A stretch of DNA of 64,000 nucleotides, taken from contig CAWHVC010000001.1 in NCBI GenBank assembly GCA_963832745.1, positions 1-64,000 on the forward strand, in the 5' to 3' direction. The translations under genes were made by a program, and so were the position numbers. Shown here one piece after another: positions 40,411 to 50,241 of the stretch (positions within the stretch are counted from its first letter, which is position 1; every line of letters begins with the position of its first letter). Under the pieces are notes generated by a model, which was given only the letters and a program-made list of their open reading frames with translations, ran no database searches and was not told the origin of the DNA. Origin of the DNA: Candidatus Bathyarchaeota archaeon. Its GTDB lineage: Archaea; Thermoproteota; Bathyarchaeia; Bathyarchaeales; Bathycorpusculaceae.

Positions 40411-42420
40411 ATGGTTCAAAGAGAACTAAAAAGCAAAACTAAACTTTACGCTTTAGCAGCAGTACTGACAGCAGTTGTTCTAGTAAGCGCCATCTATACC
40501 GTTACAACGCCCACAGTAATGTACACGTTAACAGGCGGCATTTCACCAATGAAAAACTTTGCCTCAACAGACGAAATCAGAAACTACCTCACAACCAACA
40601 CTCAAGGCGATTCAACCTACTTCACCGGTGGGCCCTTAGATGCTGAACGCTCAAATGGTGCAGGCGTTTATGGAGTTATCACCTCCGCTGGTCCCGCTGG
40701 AGTTACTGGAGATAAAGCTTCAAGCCCACAAAGTCCAACCTCAGGCATAGGTTTTGCAACTGATGCTCAAGAGCATTCTACAACTAACGTCCAAGTTACA
40801 GGTGTGGATGAAGCCGACACAGTAAAAACCGACGGACAATACATCTACACCTTAAACGTAAACTATACAACTGAACCAGCAAACACAATCGAAATCATAA
40901 ACGCTAACGCCCAAGACCCTTCAGTTATTGGTAAAATCACCTATAACAATACAATATCCATCGCCGGCATGTACCTTAGCCAAAACGGTAACAAACTTGC
41001 AGTTTTAGGAAGCAACTACGGTACTCTTTTATATTTTCCAAGAACAATCAGCAAAGGCGAAATCAGTGTAACTTCTAATTATGTTAACGTTGTTAAGACT
41101 TTCATTTATGTTTATGACGTTTCAAACAAGGCTGACCCTGTTTTAGCAAGGAACCTGACTTTAAGCGGTAGCTACTTCAATTCACGCATGATAGGCAACT
41201 ACGTTTACACGGTAGTTAGTCAGCCAGCATATGCAAACAATGAATCTGTAATCCTGCCACAAGTAAGTAACGATCAAGTAACCAAAGAAATTATCCCAAC
41301 AAGCATCTACTACACAGACATGCAAGACAGCTACTTTACATACACAACATTCTCAGGCATCAACATACAAGATGACTCGCAAGTACCAACCGACATGACC
41401 ATATTGATGGGCGGCACAAGCAACATGTACGTTTCAACCAGCAACATGTACCTAACCTTCCCCGACACAACAGGCGAAAGCACAGAAATCTACCGCGTCG
41501 GCATCAATGGTGCAAACTTGTCCTTTGACGCAAAAGGCATCGTGCCTGGTTACGTGTTAAACCAGTACAGCATGGACGAATACAACAACTACTTCAGAGT
41601 AGCAACCACCGTAACCACAGGCAGCTGGGTAAACAGAGACCAACATAACAACCTTTATGTTCTAAACATGGACCTAAACATTGTTGGGCAAATTGAAAAC
41701 TTGGGGCAAGGTGAACGCATCTACTCCGCCCGGTTTACAGGTGATAAAGCTTACCTTGTGACTTTCAAGCAGACAGACCCATTCTTTGTATTAGACCTTA
41801 AAGATCCAACAGCACCCAAAGTAGCTGGCGAATTAAAAATCCCCGGATATTCTAGTTACCTTCATCCTTACGACGAAAACCACATCATTGGAATAGGCAA
41901 GGAAAACAACACTGTCAAGCTTTCACTTTTTGACGTTACAGACATGAATAACCCTACTGAAATCGCAAAATACGTTATCGGCGAAAACGCTGACTATGTT
42001 GATTCAACCGCATTGTATGAGCCTAAAGCTTTCCTGTTTGATCTGCAAAAGCAACTCTTAGTCATCCCAGTATCAATCACTAACTATGGCTACGCACCTC
42101 AACCTGCTTCAGAACCACAAACACGTAACAGCACTGACAGCTCCAGCAGTAACAACGGCGGAATCAGTTCAAGCACTCCAGTTACGGAAAGCAGCTTTTG
42201 GCAAGGCGCATACGTCTTTAACCTATCACCAAACGGGTTTACATTAAAAGGCGAGTTATCTCACCAAGCAACTACTAACAATCAGTACTGGTACTGGCAT
42301 AATGATGCCGCAATTAGTCGTTCGCTTTACATTGGCAATACGTTGTACACTGTTTCTAACAGTAAAGTGCAACTCAACAGTTTAGATGGCCTTGGCTTGA
42401 TTGGTCAAGTCAACTTCTAA
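40411..42420 (+). CDS. Secreted beta-propeller domain protein (Beta_propel family)
   Basis: STTNVQVTGVDEADTVKTDG, LNQYSMDEY, GERIYSARF, GELKIPGYSSYLHP. Confidence 0.88.
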   Translation: MVQRELKSKTKLYALAAVLTAVVLVSAIYTVTTPTVMYTLTGGISPMKNFASTDEIRNYLTTNTQGDSTYFTGGPLDAERSNGAGVYGVITSAGPAGVTGDKASSPQSPTSGIGFATDAQEHSTTNVQVTGVDEADTVKTDGQYIYTLNVNYTTEPANTIEIINANAQDPSVIGKITYNNTISIAGMYLSQNGNKLAVLGSNYGTLLYFPRTISKGEISVTSNYVNVVKTFIYVYDVSNKADPVLARNLTLSGSYFNSRMIGNYVYTVVSQPAYANNESVILPQVSNDQVTKEIIPTSIYYTDMQDSYFTYTTFSGINIQDDSQVPTDMTILMGGTSNMYVSTSNMYLTFPDTTGESTEIYRVGINGANLSFDAKGIVPGYVLNQYSMDEYNNYFRVATTVTTGSWVNRDQHNNLYVLNMDLNIVGQIENLGQGERIYSARFTGDKAYLVTFKQTDPFFVLDLKDPTAPKVAGELKIPGYSSYLHPYDENHIIGIGKENNTVKLSLFDVTDMNNPTEIAKYVIGENADYVDSTALYEPKAFLFDLQKQLLVIPVSITNYGYAPQPASEPQTRNSTDSSSSNNGGISSSTPVTESSFWQGAYVFNLSPNGFTLKGELSHQATTNNQYWYWHNDAAISRSLYIGNTLYTVSNSKVQLNSLDGLGLIGQVNF

Positions 42421-42594
42421 ACTCCTTACCTTTTTATCTTTAAAAATCCTTATTAATTGTACAACAGGTAGTTGTCTAAAAACCGATATCTATCCATTCT
42501 ACGCTCATTCTGTTCATCGTTGGAATCCAAAAACAGAATATCCCTTAAAATAATGTCTAACAAATAAACAGTTGCTCACAAGGGGAAAAAATGT

Positions 42595-42837
42595 ATGTCT
42601 AACATGTTAAACGGTGGCTCCATTGGTTTAGCTGCAAGTTACAGGCTGAAGCTTTCATCTATCGCTTTGATAGTTTTCATAGTGATTGCAGGCGTTTGCT
42701 TCTATCTAAACTTAACAGGATTATTAAGTGACATAATCTATTACGGTATACTGATTGGCTTAATCATAGCTGCCCTTGTCTTAACTTACCTGTTTGGCAG
42801 AATATCAAAAAAACGGCATGATTCAACCATACACTAA
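42595..42837 (+). CDS. Small membrane protein
   Basis: Two hydrophobic helices and a basic tail; AAGGGG RBS. Confidence 0.55.
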   Translation: MSNMLNGGSIGLAASYRLKLSSIALIVFIVIAGVCFYLNLTGLLSDIIYYGILIGLIIAALVLTYLFGRISKKRHDSTIH

Positions 42838-42849
42838 AAAAGAAAAGGG

Positions 42850-42954
42850 TTACTTTGCCTTGTTTGCTTTTTTAGCACAGGCATCACTGCAATACTTCTT
42901 TTTAGCGTCAAAAGTCATAAACTTCTGCTTGCAAACTGGGCACTTCTTATCCAA
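42850..42954 (-). CDS. 34-aa zinc-finger microprotein (absent from the ORF track)
   Basis: GAGGTG RBS then TTG; MDKKCPVCKQKFMTFDAKKKYCSDACAKKANKAK. Confidence 0.7.
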   Translation of the reverse strand: MDKKCPVCKQKFMTFDAKKKYCSDACAKKANKAK

Positions 42955-43082
42955 ACATTCCACCTCTCTCTTTATCAAATGATTTGATTAAACAAAAAGT
43001 TTTTCTAAAAAAACTTGCAACAACCGTTTAATATACGTAGATTTCACTTATTCTTGGGCGAAGGAAGGGAGATAGCGATAGC

Positions 43083-45824
43083 TTGTCAGCGAAATTGTTC
43101 TTAACTGGAGGTTCAGGATTCGTAGGCGCCCAAATTGCCCGCCATTTTATTTCTCAAAAAAATGTCCAAATCACGGTTCTAATTCGCGCCAAAACTCCCT
43201 CTGACGCAGAGTTACGGTTTAAACGTGAATGGTGGGATTGGCCAGAACTTTACCAAAACATAGGCAACCGCATCCAAGTCTTGAACGGTGACCTAACAAA
43301 ACCTTACTTAAACCTGACTGACCCCCAATACCGTGAACTTATTCATAACATAACTCACATTATTCATTGTGCCGCCGACACGACACCCAACCAGCAAATC
43401 GACAAACTGCGAAACATCAACGTCACCGGCACAGTAAACATAATACAACTCGCACGAGACATCAACACTGATCACGGTTTAAGTCGGCTTTCGCATGTTT
43501 CAACCGCTTACGTGGCAGGAAAACGCAGCGGCAACATAGCTGAAACCGACCTGTCTGACAAGTCAGGATTTTCCAGTCTTTATGAGCAAACAAAATTTGA
43601 AAGCGAGCAACTTCTCGCAAAAGCCTCAGCGGATTTGCCGGTTTCAATTTTTAGGCCAAGCCTAATCGTTGGCGATTCAAAAACAGGTGCAGTCAAAACT
43701 TTCAATACTGTTTACTATATGCTTAAGCAGTATCTTACGGGGCACCTAAGGTTTATTCCGGCTTCCTCTGGGCTTAAACTTAACATTGTTCCCGTTGATT
43801 ACGTTGCCCAAGCTGTTGCCAATTTGACTTTTAACCCCGAGGCAGCAGGCTTGACTTTTCATTTAACCGCGCCCGCTGAACAGGCTCCAACTGCTAAAGA
43901 ACTCGTCCAATATGTGCAGCGTTGGGCAAAGCAAGAAATGTGTTTAAACTTGCCAAACCCCCAATTCATCCCAATCTCGTCAAATACTCTTCGGGGCTTT
44001 TTGAAGCTCCAAAGTCTTCTCAACCCGCCCGCCAGAAGCAGTATCCAAGCTTACACCACACTTGCACCATATTTTAACCAAAACCAAACTTTTAGCCGCG
44101 AAAACACCGACCGCCTCTTGGGAAAATATTCGTTATGTTGGAAAGACTTCCTATCCAAACTGTTGAGTTACGCGGTTTACTACAGCTTTTTCCATCGTTC
44201 CGAACGCACAGTGCATGAACAAATCTTATATCGTCTTGAAAGCAAGGTCAAACCAATCCGTTACCGTGAAATCGTAGAAGACAAAACCATAGATTACGAT
44301 ACAGATGCGGTTAAGCAGATGATGCTGAAGGCTGCCGCTGCCCTGAAAGCTATGGGAATACGAAAGGGTGACGTAGTTGTTATCCTTGGCAACAATTGTG
44401 TGCGATACTTAGTGATTGACGTTGCAGTGGGGTTAGCTGGCGCAGTGTCATGCCCCCTTTACCCCACAAGCCCCCCATCAGAAATCAACTACGTCCTCTC
44501 CCAAGCAGACGCTAAACTATTTTTTGTTGGCACACAAAAAATTCTTTCAGAAATCAACAGCATCAAAACCGAAGTTCCAATAATTAATTTCAGTCGTCAA
44601 CCTTTGAGCGGGGCAAAGACGGTTTCTTGGGAAAACTTCCTTGAGAAGGCAAAATCTTCAACTGACCCCGATATAGCTCCGGTAGAACCTGCTGATTTAG
44701 CTACAATCCGCTTCACGTACGGTTCAACTGGGCAACCTAAAGGCGCCTGCCTAACTCACGGCAACCTACGTTATGTCGCTGAATCTTTAGCTTCAAATTT
44801 TCCATGGAAAACCAGAACAGACAAAGCAACTTACCTGTCTTTTTTGCCCATGAATCACGTAGCCGAAGGAATAACCGCGACTTACTCGCCATACTTTATC
44901 CCAGCCGCCATGACCTTCTATTACCTAGGAGACTATCACAGCCTGCAGCAAGCGCTAAAAACCGCTAAACCGACGGTTTTGTTTGCGATTCCCCGTTTCT
45001 ACGAAAAACTCTGGTCAGCCCTGTCTATTAGCAGTTTAGGGCAACAATACCTTAAAGCTAAAAACCCCACAAAAAAAACGTTTTTGCGGCGACTGGTAAG
45101 ATTTGGGCTGCTCCGAAAATCTGGTTTAGACAAATCTACTCAGTTAATTGTTGGCGCTGCCTGCTCCAGCGGAACATTACTACAGGATTTCCAAAACTTG
45201 GGCGTGGAAGTTTACAATGCTTATGGGCTTTCAGAAGCGCCACTTGTAGCCATCAACCGTATAGGCGCAAACAATCCCTTCACTGTTGGTCAACCCCTAC
45301 AAGGTACGCAACTAAAGATTGCCTGTGATGGAGAAATTTTGGTTAAAGGTCCTCAGGTTATGCGTGGCTACCTTCACGGCAAGGCTGGGCAAGCTTTTCA
45401 GGAAGGCTGGTTCCAGACAGGGGACATCGGAGAAGTAACTCCTGATGGGTACCTGAAAATTTTGGGCAGAAAAAAGAACATAATAGTTACCTCGTACGGC
45501 AAAAAAGTGCCCGTAGAACACATAGAAGCCAAACTGAAAAGTCTCCCACACGTCAAGGATTGCCTAGTTGTAGGCGATAATCAACCTTTTTGTTGTGCAG
45601 TGTTTTGGGTCGCTTGCCAAAAAAGCGAATGTGAAAACCAACTCGACAAAGCTATTGAAGAGCTTAATTTAACGCTCGAGCCTCCTGCGCAAATCAAACG
45701 GTATGCCGTGATGAGTTACCCGTCAGGTATGGCGGATGCGGACGCTTTAAAGGTGAAACGGCAAGACCTGCTTAAACAGGCAGAAACCGTCATCGACGCT
45801 TTGTATCAGCAAAAACAAGGATAA
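43083..45824 (+). CDS. Fusion of an extended-SDR thioester/acyl-CoA reductase and a long-chain acyl-CoA synthetase (AMP-binding)
   Basis: TGGSGFVG, HVSTAYVAG, YEQTK, RPSLIVGDS; then FTYGSTGQPKG, AYGLSE, GEILVKGPQVMRGY, TGDIG, GRKK. Confidence 0.9.
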   Translation: MSAKLFLTGGSGFVGAQIARHFISQKNVQITVLIRAKTPSDAELRFKREWWDWPELYQNIGNRIQVLNGDLTKPYLNLTDPQYRELIHNITHIIHCAADTTPNQQIDKLRNINVTGTVNIIQLARDINTDHGLSRLSHVSTAYVAGKRSGNIAETDLSDKSGFSSLYEQTKFESEQLLAKASADLPVSIFRPSLIVGDSKTGAVKTFNTVYYMLKQYLTGHLRFIPASSGLKLNIVPVDYVAQAVANLTFNPEAAGLTFHLTAPAEQAPTAKELVQYVQRWAKQEMCLNLPNPQFIPISSNTLRGFLKLQSLLNPPARSSIQAYTTLAPYFNQNQTFSRENTDRLLGKYSLCWKDFLSKLLSYAVYYSFFHRSERTVHEQILYRLESKVKPIRYREIVEDKTIDYDTDAVKQMMLKAAAALKAMGIRKGDVVVILGNNCVRYLVIDVAVGLAGAVSCPLYPTSPPSEINYVLSQADAKLFFVGTQKILSEINSIKTEVPIINFSRQPLSGAKTVSWENFLEKAKSSTDPDIAPVEPADLATIRFTYGSTGQPKGACLTHGNLRYVAESLASNFPWKTRTDKATYLSFLPMNHVAEGITATYSPYFIPAAMTFYYLGDYHSLQQALKTAKPTVLFAIPRFYEKLWSALSISSLGQQYLKAKNPTKKTFLRRLVRFGLLRKSGLDKSTQLIVGAACSSGTLLQDFQNLGVEVYNAYGLSEAPLVAINRIGANNPFTVGQPLQGTQLKIACDGEILVKGPQVMRGYLHGKAGQAFQEGWFQTGDIGEVTPDGYLKILGRKKNIIVTSYGKKVPVEHIEAKLKSLPHVKDCLVVGDNQPFCCAVFWVACQKSECENQLDKAIEELNLTLEPPAQIKRYAVMSYPSGMADADALKVKRQDLLKQAETVIDALYQQKQG

Positions 45825-45860
45825 ACTACTTGTTTTTGGTTTGAAAACACGTCATTGGGA

Positions 45861-45909
45861 CCTACCCCCTTAGGTTTTTGCATAGAACTGCTATTAGGAT
45901 CCTATTAGG
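45861..45909. repeat. 49-bp palindromic non-coding element, copy 2
   Basis: CCTACCCCCTTAGGTTTTTGCATAGAACTGCTATTAGGATCCTATTAGG; lies between convergent stop codons. Confidence 0.85.
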
Positions 45910-45944
45910 CGGCAAATAGGTTGCAAAAACTGAAAAAAGTAGTT

Positions 45945-46208
45945 TTAACAAGACGGCAAAATAGTTGCATCAACCGCTTTTTTAGGTTTAACCGTCAAAT
46001 TCAACTTAACCGTAACGTCATACATGTCTGGTTGACGGTCAATTGAAAAATTAAAACCGTCCAACCTCACGCCCATCGGTTTGCCGTCTCCTGAAATCTC
46101 TTTGATGCGGCTTGCAAAATCTCCAATCTTGTTAATAATCTCGTTAACATCCAAATCTGTCTTTTTAGTTTCGCCTTCTTCAGCTTTACGCACTTCAATC
46201 TCAACCAC
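45945..46208 (-). CDS. Small hypothetical protein
   Basis: Strong RBS GGAGGTGA before GTG; 87 aa. Confidence 0.75.
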   Translation of the reverse strand: MVEIEVRKAEEGETKKTDLDVNEIINKIGDFASRIKEISGDGKPMGVRLDGFNFSIDRQPDMYDVTVKLNLTVKPKKAVDATILPSC

Positions 46209-46323
46209 TGATTTTCACCTCCAAAAATAGGCCGTTAACCTGAAAAAGTCTCTACCAAAAAAGAGGGAGCAAACGGGTATCTTAAAGATGTGTGACTGCA
46301 CAAACACAAACACAAAAGCAAGT

Positions 46324-47160
46324 TTACTTTATTTTTCTATGAAATGCTAAAGCAACAAGTAAGACGCCAGTTATGATGCAGGACACACCAAAAGCGATGA
46401 TGTTTTTGTTTTGGAAAACGAAAATTCCCATTGTCTGCTCAATTTCTTCTGTCGTTGTTGTTGATGGTGTTGGTTGTGTTGGTATTGTTTTAGTCTGTGC
46501 TGGGGTTGGTTTTGTCGTTGGTTGTGGCGTGCTTATGGTGATAGTGTTACTTGACCGATATTCTGGTTCCCCTATTTTTAATGTCTGTGTGTCGCTCCAG
46601 GGGCTGTAAGTCCCGACGAACTCGAATGTATACATGATAACCGCCCAGAATGGGCAGCGTGCATTATGGTATCCTTCACGTGCTTGTACTTGAAAGTCTA
46701 CTTGGTCGCCAAAATCATAATCTGCTGAGCACTTTATGATAGTGTACTCAGTGCTAGATTGGATTACTACTTCGTCGTAACCGCTGACTTCTCGATGTTG
46801 ATTTTCAGGGTAAAGTTCTGTCCATACACTTCCGAAATGACCCTTAACGCGTACATTATAGAATGTGTTAATCTGATTACCTTCTGAATCCTCGTATGGT
46901 GTGTTAGTTGGGTTTTTGATTTTAATTTCAATCGACTTGTTTTCAACGTGATATCCGGGTGTTGTGTGAACAATTTCTTCTCCTGAGTATTCGTCGATTG
47001 TTGTTGTAGTTTGAGGTGGCACATCATAAGGGTAAGCAACAAGTTTAACAGAAAATTCAGGTGTCGACGGCACAGCTGAAACAACAATGGATTCATTGAT
47101 TGCTAGCAAAGTTGAAAATGACAACGTGAATATTAAAGCAACTGCTAACCTCTTTTTCAC
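46324..47160 (-). CDS. Surface protein, tandem paralog of 47157-48050
   Basis: Signal peptide; YDVP, YNVRVKGHFG, GDQVDFQV; PT linker and TM. Confidence 0.82.
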   Translation of the reverse strand: MKKRLAVALIFTLSFSTLLAINESIVVSAVPSTPEFSVKLVAYPYDVPPQTTTTIDEYSGEEIVHTTPGYHVENKSIEIKIKNPTNTPYEDSEGNQINTFYNVRVKGHFGSVWTELYPENQHREVSGYDEVVIQSSTEYTIIKCSADYDFGDQVDFQVQAREGYHNARCPFWAVIMYTFEFVGTYSPWSDTQTLKIGEPEYRSSNTITISTPQPTTKPTPAQTKTIPTQPTPSTTTTEEIEQTMGIFVFQNKNIIAFGVSCIITGVLLVALAFHRKIK

Positions 47161-48026
47161 GATACTGCCCCCTTGTTTTTACCTTGATTACGCGAGAATG
47201 CTAGGGCAACCATCAAGACTCCAATTGTGATGCAGGATACGCCAAAAGCAAGAACGTTCTTGTTTTCTAAAAAGAATGATACGCTTGTTTGCGTAATTTT
47301 TTCTGATTGTGTTGGTATTTCTATGGGTTCTGAAGTAACTTTAGCGTTTTCGGGGGTTGTCTGTATTGGAGTTGGCGTGTTTGTTGGGTTAGGCATTGGC
47401 GTTTGAGTTACCCCTGAAACGGTTATTGTTTGAGTAGCACTCCATTCTCCATAGACGTAGCTGTAATCAAGTGACGCAAAAAGGGCATGCTGAATGACGG
47501 AAGGTGAACTGTAACCATAGAGTGCTTTTACTTGAAAATCGACTTGGTCGCCTTCATTGTATTTTAACGATATTATGGTGTATTTACTGTTTGAAGTTGG
47601 GCAACTGCCTTCAGTTGGTCCTTGTTTTATTTCATTTGGATTCGTAGTTTGATATGTAAATGATGAGTAATCGTAAATCTCATGCCAATCGGCACCAAAG
47701 TGACCCTTTTCTCGTATGTTATAAAATACAGTGTAAGTTGTGTTTGATGCTGGAATTGGCTGGTTTTCAATTATGATGTCAACTGTCTTATATTCTACGT
47801 GGTAACCTTGAATGGTAGTGTTTGTTACTTCTCCCGTGTAAGGATTCATTATTGAAGATGTTGTAGTTGGCACATCATAAGAGCGGTCAACATATTGTAC
47901 GGTGAATTTGGGAACAAACAGTTCAGGAAAGCCGATTGTGTTTTCACTCGCTAATCCTGATGGCACAAGTAGCAGTGTCAAACCTGTCAGTAACACCAAC
48001 ATTGTTACCTTTCCTGTTTTTCCCAT
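47157..48026 (-). CDS. Surface protein, tandem paralog of 46324-47160
   Basis: YDVP, YNIREKGHFG, GDQVDFQV; near-identical anchor NKN..AFGVSCI. Confidence 0.82.
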   Translation of the reverse strand: MGKTGKVTMLVLLTGLTLLLVPSGLASENTIGFPELFVPKFTVQYVDRSYDVPTTTSSIMNPYTGEVTNTTIQGYHVEYKTVDIIIENQPIPASNTTYTVFYNIREKGHFGADWHEIYDYSSFTYQTTNPNEIKQGPTEGSCPTSNSKYTIISLKYNEGDQVDFQVKALYGYSSPSVIQHALFASLDYSYVYGEWSATQTITVSGVTQTPMPNPTNTPTPIQTTPENAKVTSEPIEIPTQSEKITQTSVSFFLENKNVLAFGVSCITIGVLMVALAFSRNQGKNKGAVS

Positions 48027-48265
48027 ACCGGTTCGCCTTACAAAAATCAAGATTTGAAACAGATTAAAGCGTTCTCGTAAAGGTTTCTTTACTAACTTTA
48101 GTCAGGATTTTTGTACTAACTTCATATTTCGAGCTTTAAGCGTTTGGTTCAATACCGCTTCGTTATAGTTAGTGGGCGGTTAAACCTGAGAAGTCATAAA
48201 TTTTTGCAGACTCCATAATAACATAATGGGGGGGTAAAGTGTAAGACCTTTATCATGAAGAACTA

Positions 48266-48388
48266 ATGCGCCAATACAAACTACAGCATCAACTTGAAGA
48301 GCAAATGAGTCATCAAGAAACTGAGAGACAACGTGAAGAACACATGAAAACGCAAATGGAGTGGCTAACCAAGCAGACATTAAACTAA
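48266..48388 (+). CDS. 40-aa Q/E-rich helical microprotein or truncated gene
   Basis: MRQYKLQHQLEEQMSHQETERQREEHMKTQMEWLTKQTLN; in-frame GTG at 48239 is followed immediately by TAA. Confidence 0.4.
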   Translation: MRQYKLQHQLEEQMSHQETERQREEHMKTQMEWLTKQTLN

Positions 48389-48427
48389 AAGCGTCCTCAA
48401 TTAAGATACGTAAGACTTACGTAAGAT

Positions 48428-49573
48428 TTATACGTTTTTATTTAACTTATAATGATTTTCTGGGATGGTTATTTCGAATTTTGCATTTTTTCCTTCAGTG
48501 CCGTTTTCCGTAATTTGCCAACCGTAAACTTCCAAAGTTTTCTTAATCAGGTAGAGCCCAAGACCGCTGCCTTGCCCGTAGCCTTTGGTGAACAGGTTGG
48601 GTTTCATATCGCATGGTATTCCTACACCATCATCTTCATAAATTAGTTTAAGCTGCGTGTCCTGCTGGCTAAAAAAGAGTTTAACCTTTTTTGCTTTAGC
48701 ATACTTTAACGTGTCATCTAGTAAATTGTAAAATGTTTCCTTGAGCAGGGAGTCAGCATAAACCATCACGTTATCGCACTCGTTAATTACTTGTAAATTG
48801 AAGTTTGGAAACAAATTAACTGCTTCACTAAATACTCTGCCGACATTTACGAAATTTAGCTGTTCTTGTCCCAGCAGTTCGTAGTCCCGCGAAAACTCCA
48901 AAGTTCTGTTAATCTGCAGGTAAGCTGATGCGGTAGCGTCCAAAAGATGTTCAAGGCTTCCTTTTTTTCTGGCTAAATACGCGTTAGCGTTAAGTACGCT
49001 TACTTTGTTGCCGATGTCGTGCCTAAGCAAACCGCCTACAACCAGCAGCTTCTCGTTAGCCAATTCCAGTTTATGTCGGGCTTCTTTGAGGTTTTTTTCT
49101 GTTTTTACTCGGTCACTTACATCCCGTACAATGTCTATAAACGCTATTTGCTCGCCATTTTCGTCCCTTATCGGTGTCGCTGTTAACTCGATTGGTAAAA
49201 GTTCACCATTTAATTTTACTGCAGTGAATTGGCCTTTCCAGCCTTGCTTGCTTTCGGCACATCCAAGCGAGTATTGTACTGCTCTTTCCTTGTCAAAGTC
49301 TGCTACAAAGTCTAAGATGCATTTTCCGAGTACCGCTTCCCTGTTTGTGTATCCAAGCATTCGCATAATAGCCTTGTTCGCGTAAGTAATTATGCCTGTG
49401 TTGGAGTCTCCGATTACTATGCCATCTTGGGACACCTCTACGGCAAGCCTGAACAGTTTTGGGTCTTTCTGGTTCGAAACCAAGCTTTTTTGTCCGTCGC
49501 CCTTTAGCTTGCCTGTTTCTTTAGGTAAACATTCGACCGGGTGATGCAATCTGCTTTTACCTTCGCTTTGCAA
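48428..49573 (-). CDS. Cytoplasmic PAS histidine kinase
   Basis: PAS/PAC, H-box LRHDIGN, YEDDGVG, GSGLGL. Confidence 0.88.
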   Translation of the reverse strand: MQSEGKSRLHHPVECLPKETGKLKGDGQKSLVSNQKDPKLFRLAVEVSQDGIVIGDSNTGIITYANKAIMRMLGYTNREAVLGKCILDFVADFDKERAVQYSLGCAESKQGWKGQFTAVKLNGELLPIELTATPIRDENGEQIAFIDIVRDVSDRVKTEKNLKEARHKLELANEKLLVVGGLLRHDIGNKVSVLNANAYLARKKGSLEHLLDATASAYLQINRTLEFSRDYELLGQEQLNFVNVGRVFSEAVNLFPNFNLQVINECDNVMVYADSLLKETFYNLLDDTLKYAKAKKVKLFFSQQDTQLKLIYEDDGVGIPCDMKPNLFTKGYGQGSGLGLYLIKKTLEVYGWQITENGTEGKNAKFEITIPENHYKLNKNV

Positions 49574-49794
49574 AAATTTGTTTTTTATTTAATAATCCTT
49601 ATGAATATATAATCAATATTCACCTATACCAAAAGATGAGTTGCCAACCGCTGAATTGTAAATTAACAGCAAAAAGCCCCCTGAAAATGTATCAGAATAC
49701 CATCGGAATAGTTAATGTTCTGGTTTATTTTTTCGTTTAATTTATATAGGGGTGTTTGAACTATGCTTGTGCATTAAAGAGGAATATCTTAAGT

Positions 49795-50235
49795 ATGGGT
49801 TCCAAGTCACCAAGAGGCGAATTTGCCGCAAGGCAATTAGCAAAGAAACGGAAAAACTTCCGTTGGCACGATCGTTACTTTAACCGACGTATGCTTATGC
49901 TAGACGAAAAAGTTGACCCAATGCAGGGTGCACCCCAATCACGGGGTATCGTTCTAGAAAAAGTGGGTGTCGAATCAAAACAGCCCAACAGCGCCATTAG
50001 AAAATGTGTCCGAACACAACTCATCAAAAACGGCAGAACCATCACGGCTTTCTTGCCCGGTGACGGTGCACTTAACGTTGTCGACGAACACGATGAAGTC
50101 GTCGTTGAGGGTATCGGCGGTACAAGAGGCGGCGCTATGGGAGACATTCCTGGTGTACGCTGGAAAGTAGTAATGGTAAACGGCGTATCACTAAATGAAT
50201 TAGTTTACGGACGAAAACAAAAACCATCAAGGTAA
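49795..50235 (+). CDS. rps12: 30S ribosomal protein S12 (uS12)
   Basis: [31 protein letters not shown]; start at ATG 49795. Confidence 0.97.
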   Translation: MGSKSPRGEFAARQLAKKRKNFRWHDRYFNRRMLMLDEKVDPMQGAPQSRGIVLEKVGVESKQPNSAIRKCVRTQLIKNGRTITAFLPGDGALNVVDEHDEVVVEGIGGTRGGAMGDIPGVRWKVVMVNGVSLNELVYGRKQKPSR

Positions 50236-50241
50236 TAGTTT

